Below, in pieces: positions 38,046 through 43,398 of a stretch of DNA of 43,398 nucleotides. The translations under genes and the position numbers were made by a program. Each line of letters starts with the position of its first letter. The first letter of the stretch is position 1. The stretch comes from Octopus bimaculoides. Taxonomy: Eukaryota. The notes under the pieces are model-generated. The model had not been told where the DNA came from. It did no database searches and saw nothing but the letters and a program-made list of their open reading frames with translations. The stretch is taken from NCBI RefSeq assembly GCF_001194135.2, contig NC_068985.1:116447213-116490610 (forward strand), given 5' to 3'.

Positions 38046-38837
38046 AAGTTGAATATGCCTATCAAAGGACACGGATTTTTGTTCCTCTTCTAGATTTTAC
38101 TTCTAAAGTTATCTTCGGTTTCAATCTGGAAAGACCTACCTCAGATGACAGTAATGAAGTCGAAGTCATGGATCATAGCATATGTATGCCATAGTACAAT
38201 GTTTAATTTCACTCTGACTCATCTCTTTTCTAGCACGGACTTATTTTTCTTTCAATTTCTTTCTTCAGTATATTTTGAAATTTAACTTCGTTTTCCTACT
38301 GTTTTGTTCATTACTGAATATTTTTTTCTGTGCAGCTATCTTCTAGTTTCTATTTACATAGAGACAACCATCCTTTCCTGTGACTACTTTTGTTTTATTT
38401 GTATATTTATCGTTACTTGTTGCTGTCATTTAATTTCATAAAATTGGTTATAAAAGAACTAGTGTTAAATCCCCAGATTTGTAGTAACCTCAAAGTTTTG
38501 AGGTCTATAGTGCTAAAAATATCATTGCTTTTATCATTGTTGGTGCAGTTGTTTTGTCTTATTTTTGATGTTGTACAAATGATCCCCAGATAAAAACTTC
38601 TACGATGGTAGCGCCAGACGCGCTTTACTAGTCTTCTTGACTGGTTTGTGCTATATCCATAATTCCTTTCTAAGTATAAAAAAAAAGAGAGCAAAGAATG
38701 AGCGAGAGACAAAAGGAAATCTGGGAGAGCAGCTAAAAAAGGAAGCAGGAAGACGAGAAGAGGGGAAAATTATGAAAGGAAAATGAAGGAAAGGAACGAG
38801 AAAATAATGAAGAATAGAATAAATGTTATAAATGTTG

Positions 38838-38867
38838 GTAGCAGCAACAGCAGCAGCGGCGGCGGAT

Positions 38868-38913
<46 letters not shown>

Positions 38914-38943
38914 CGGATGTAGTAGTAGTAGTGGTAGTAGTAA

Positions 38944-39000
<57 letters not shown>

Positions 39001-39180
39001 AAGTGGCGGCGGATGTAGTAGTAGTAGTAGTAGTAGTTTGACAGTATTTGCAGCCGCAAGAGCGGATGTTGTTGATAAAGAGCAAAAGAATGAGAAAAGC
39101 AGAAGATAAAGAAGAAGAAGAAGAAGAAGAAGAAGAAGGAGAAGAAGAAAAAAAAGGGAAGAAGAAGAAGAAAAGGAAGA
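38838..39180. repeat. (AGT)n array punctuated by GGCGGATG units, followed by (GAA)n
   Basis: Direct reading. Confidence 0.9.
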
Positions 39181-39248
39181 AATTTAAGACTAAGCGAGAT
39201 ATTAGCGATATACATATGTATGTATGCATGCATGTTTGTACATATATA

Positions 39249-39283
<35 letters not shown>

Positions 39284-40533
39284 CTGTGTGTATTCATATT
39301 TATAAGCGCGAGTGCATGTGTGTTGAAACACGCATATTGGTAGATAGGCAGAGAGAAGAAGAGAGTGTGAAAGTGATAGAGGGTGAGAGAGAGAAAGAAG
39401 TGTTTATTCTGCTTAGTAACCATTTTTCTGCAGACGTGAAAGTGGTAGGTGGATAAAATCTCTATTCCAGTCAGAAAATCTTTGACACTGAATTGATAAC
39501 ATTTCACTGGTCGCAAAGTGTTGCCTGTTATCTTCATATACATCTATTGTTGTCTTTTGTTGTTTTTTTTTGTTTCTTTTGCTCTTTTTTTTTTGTTTGT
39601 TTGATTAGTTTTCTGCTATTTAATTTTTTTTTTTCGCACCTCCCTCGAACGTTTGGAAACTTGCAGATTTCAAATTTAACTTTCTGCTTCAAATTTGTTT
39701 TGTAAAATTGCTAAATTTGCTGTTCAAAATATTGTTAGCTAAAATGAAATATAAAAGAAGCAACGAAAAAAAGACAATGATAAATTGAAAAAGACTTCGT
39801 AATTTTTTTTAATTAACATCTTGTTTATTATGCAGTGCTTTACTTTATAGCTGTTTACTATTATATTAAAAATTCTCGATGCAATGTTCGTACAGTGCGA
39901 AGTAACATTGTATTTGTATATTTGTGTAAATCATGTGCTCCTACTTTGTCCTTTTATATAATCAGTTTGAAGAAGATAATGACGATATGGATTGTTTCTG
40001 TTTTCAACCCCGACCCACTGCTTATCTATATTCCTATATCTTAATATTTTGTTTGAACTTCGACATAGATATAAAAGAAAAATAAATCAGTTATTTAAAT
40101 ATGTCAATTCTTTGTGTTGAACTCAGAATTCTTCCCTTCAAAATCAAATTTGTAATCACATACATAATGAGCATAGAATTACCTCCCTTTGTATCAGTGT
40201 CCATGCTAAGGGCCTCACACGTGCATATTTTATTAGTTTATCCTTTCCTTTTCTAGTTATATTGTCCCGTTGTTGACATTGGTGCATCGAATAAAAGATA
40301 TTTGCTTTCTTCTTTCCTTGGCAATCATCACATCCTCAGACATTCGTTATCTCCCGTGGTGTAAATCATCTTCAATCTCCCCAACATTTATTCTGGTGGC
40401 CAAGAAAATACTTTTAATCTACTTTCCATTCATTATTCTCAAATCTTCCAGTCATTATCTACATATTTATCCTCAGTCATTCGTATTCTCCAGCGGTTTA
40501 AAGTATCGTGAATTTCCCTACCATTTAACCTTA

Positions 40534-40585
40534 GGATTAGGAAAAAAGTGGCAGACCCATGGGTCTGCCACTTTTTTCCTAATCC
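40534..40585. repeat. Perfect 52-bp spacer-less palindrome
   Basis: ggattaggaaaaaagtggcagaccca|tgggtctgccacttttttcctaatcc equals its own reverse complement, checked base by base. Confidence 0.95.
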
Positions 40586-40879
40586 GACATCCCCAAACTA
40601 TGAGATATACTTTGGTTCTATCGTTAACCATTTCGGAACAGGTGTAGTTTTAAAGTGTGAGAAGGCTAATAAGACGGAACCCCACCAACCTAATGGCCAA
40701 GAGAATACTTTTAATCTGCTCTCCACTCATTAATTTCAACCGGCACCAGTGAATTTGTCAAGGATGTTAAACTCCCTGCTAGCATTTTAAATTACCCATC
40801 ATAACGAGTCGGCTATTCATGAAAGAACATAATAATATCTGTGTTGTCTTAGTATTATAAGGATTGTAGAGAGAGGGGA

Positions 40880-41230
40880 GATACAATGAGAGTTGTAGGA
40901 GGGAAAGATGCTTGATAAAATTCACGTTTTCTGAAAGAAGAACGTCGTGTGACGATAAAGACAATAAAAATAGTTTGGAATCGTTGTGACAAATGTACGC
41001 AGAATCCCTCATGAAGGTCTGAAAATTTGCAAAATTTGTGTAAAGTTTGTTCCCATGGTGACGAGAATTTGGGTAACCAAAAACTTGACAGGGATGTGGG
41101 TTGTCCCTCGCCCTCCCTACACTCCAGACCATACTTCCTATGACTTTTGGTTGTTCCACAAGCTGAAGTAAAATCTGAGGGAAGGTGTTTTGAAGACATT
41201 AAGAAGGCGAGGAGGTTGTGGCACGCAGTG
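40880..41230 (+). mobile_element. Internally deleted mariner remnant
   Basis: FLKEERRVTIK...RRIPHEGLKICKICVKFVP is joined directly to VTKNLTGMWVVPRPPYTPDHTSYDFWLFHKLK*NL.GRCFEDI (cf. L...K.CAKFVP and HPPYSPDLAPCDFWLFPKLK). Confidence 0.75.
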
Positions 41231-41431
41231 TTTAGTAGGATATGTTCAAATAGCTGTTACATCTGTCTCAAATCTGCAATGACAAGAGTTGGTTGCTCAG
41301 CTTCTTCGATGTATGGTAACGATATACATAAATTACAATAAACTACAACAGTTATAACTGTCTCTTCTAAAATAAATCTCAAAACCTCTGGAGTAAACCT
41401 TGTATATTTATCTTGCAATGTTTGGATAATA

Positions 41432-42220
41432 TAAGGCGGTGAGCTGCCAGAATCGTTTGCAAACCTGGCGAAATGCTTAGCGGCATTACTTCCGTCTTTA
41501 CGTTCTGTGTTCAAATTCCACCGAGGTCGACTTTGGCTTTTATCCTTTCGGGATAAAATATAATAAATAAGTACCAGTTAAGTATTGGGATCGATGTAAT
41601 CGACTTATCCCCTCTCCCGAAATTGCTGGCCTTGTGCCAAAGTTTGAAATATTATCAACTCTACCTATACAGCAAACGGTATACAAAACAGTGGTATATG
41701 TATATGCAAAGAGATAATATAATCGAAGCAAAGAAGACGGCGAGGTGGCAGAGTCGTTAGCATGCCGGATGAAATGCTTAGCGGGATTTCGTCTGTCTTT
41801 ACGTTCTGAGTTCAAATTTCGCCGAGGTTGACTTTGCCTTTCATCCTTTCGGAGTCGATAAATCAAGCACCAGCTGCGTACTGGGGTCGATCCAATCGAC
41901 TGGTCCCCTCCCCAAAAATGTCGGGCCTTGTGCCTAGAGTAGAAGAGAAACGGTATACAAAACAGTGGTATATGTATATGCAAAAAGATAATATAATCAA
42001 AGCAAAGAAATCGGCGAGCTGGCAGAGTCATTAGCACGTCGGATGAAATGCTTAGCGGTATTTCGTCTGTCTTTACGCTCTCAGTTCAAATTCCGCCTAA
42101 GTCGTCTTTGCATTTCATCCTTTCGGGGTCAATAAATCAAGCACCAACTGCGTACTGGGGTCGTCCAATCGACTGGTCCCCTCCTCAAAAATTTCGGGCC
42201 TTGTGCTTAAAGTAGAAAAG
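41432..42220 (+). mobile_element. Three head-to-tail family B SINEs; the last two belong to a ~274-bp tandem duplication
   Basis: Heads at about 41432, 41738 and 42010. Units 41674-41947 and 41948-42220 share the non-SINE leader aaacggtatacaaaacagtggtatatgtatatgcaaa. Confidence 0.88.
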
Positions 42221-42959
42221 AATCGACTTATCTCCTTCCTCGACATTGCTTGACATGTGCTAAAAAATTTTGAAGCCAAAGACCAGGCAACGACAATTTC
42301 TATATATCATATGATTAAATTTCCATATAAGAAATACAACTACCAACATAGTAAAACGTGTGTCAGTGTTCAATCTTCACTCTGACACAAAATTATATTC
42401 ATAAAGGATTGAATAAGTAATTAGAATGATAGAAAAGCTTCCTAATTTCCCGAACGATTTCAAGGCAAGACGAATCTTTGAATATAACATTAGGTATGAA
42501 AGGATGCAAATGAAAGGCGTAAGTCTATTTTCTCTAGTGATATAGGGCATTGGCACATAAAGCGTATGTCCTAATATTATTTACAATTTTGCATTCGTTG
42601 TCATCAAGCATGCTCCAGTAATTTGGAAACGGTGTAGGAAATTCTAGTCAGCACACATTCTCACACTTACGCAGCAGCATGCAAACCCATTCACACACAT
42701 GTAACACACAGATTCACAAGAATAGTATTATTTTCTCATCTGCTCTGTTACTCACTTTACTCAATGTGTATGTGTGTGCGCGTGCATATATATAAATATA
42801 GTTGAAATTTACAGAAAAGCAGAAGATGAAGACCATGTGTATGAGCAACAAACAGTTGTATTAGTTTGGCGCTCGGGAAAGTGAGAAAGTCTTTTACGTT
42901 TCAAACAGTATTGCTTGCTTCAGGCATAACGCTGAGGCCATGATGCAGCATGACTCTTA

Positions 42960-43158
42960 ATGGTTAAGTCCAACCCTGCTTATTTTTTAAAAGTCTGGTA
43001 TTATTTTGTCGGGCTCTTTTTGCTATCCGATGAATTACAGTAATGCAAACAAGCCAAACCGATTCTCAAAAGGTGATACGAACGAAATACAAAAGAAAAA
43101 CACGTATACCAACACGCCCACACCCCCCGCACACATGCACACACAGTCATATACATGA

Positions 43159-43189
<31 letters not shown>

Positions 43190-43305
43190 GGAATTCTTTC
43201 AGTTTCTGTTTACTCAACCTATTCACAAGTATTTAGTGGATCAGGAGCTAGAATAGAATTCAGTTGCCGAAGATACCACGTAGTGGAACCGAGCCCGGAA
43301 CCATG
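42960..43305 (-). mobile_element. Old, fragmented family A SINE spanning a microsatellite
   Basis: aagtctggtattattttgtcgggctcttttgct (tail side) and ctttcagtttctgtttac...gtggaaccgagcccggaaccatg (head side). Confidence 0.6.
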
Positions 43306-43337
43306 TACGTATAGACCGACAGACAGATAGACAATTG

Positions 43338-43339
43338 GG

Positions 43340-43386
<47 letters not shown>

Positions 43387-43398
43387 GTAGAGAGATAG
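43338..43398. repeat. (GATA)n microsatellite running off the window
   Basis: Direct reading. Confidence 0.9.

Noticed and set aside
38838-39040. Mucin-like Thr-rich or Ser/Gly-rich coding exon
   Set aside because: Pure trinucleotide repeat with no codon diversity and no splice context.
41432-42220. CRISPR-like or regularly spaced repeat array
   Set aside because: The units are ~210-bp SINEs, not short repeats with unique spacers, and the context is eukaryotic.
108-43330. The long ORFs of the track (poly-YI, HT, CV, X-filled, poly-S/T/H/M)
   Set aside because: They are translations of microsatellites or N-gaps, with no domain content.

Overview
This is eukaryotic, AT-rich, repeat-saturated DNA from a gapped short-read scaffold: 18 N-runs totalling about 4.8 kb, nearly all flanked by microsatellites. 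The SINE families and microsatellite style point to an octopod cephalopod (inference, not verified). I recognise no host protein-coding gene, rRNA, true tRNA or CRISPR array. Almost every ORF in the supplied track is a translation of simple repeats or N-gaps. The recognisable content is: four Tc1/mariner transposase remnants, including a 193-codon stop-free Hsmar1/cecropia-like catalytic domain at 20913-21533; an RTE-type LINE 3' end split by a SINE; the C-terminus of a probable restriction-like-endonuclease LINE; roughly 25 copies or fragments of three tRNA-derived SINE families (CORE-like, Deu/Nin-like, Meta-like), several with readable target-site duplications; and many simple repeats. The items most worth a second look are a degenerate minimal hammerhead-ribozyme motif of the Penelope-like type (31001-31053, minus), a perfect 52-bp palindrome inside a decayed tandem repeat (40534-40585), a 157-bp fold-back element (19916-20072), close inverted SINE pairs that could form dsRNA, and a few exon-like cassettes. 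I found no convincing evidence of a new multi-gene system. The window looks like an intron or intergenic region.
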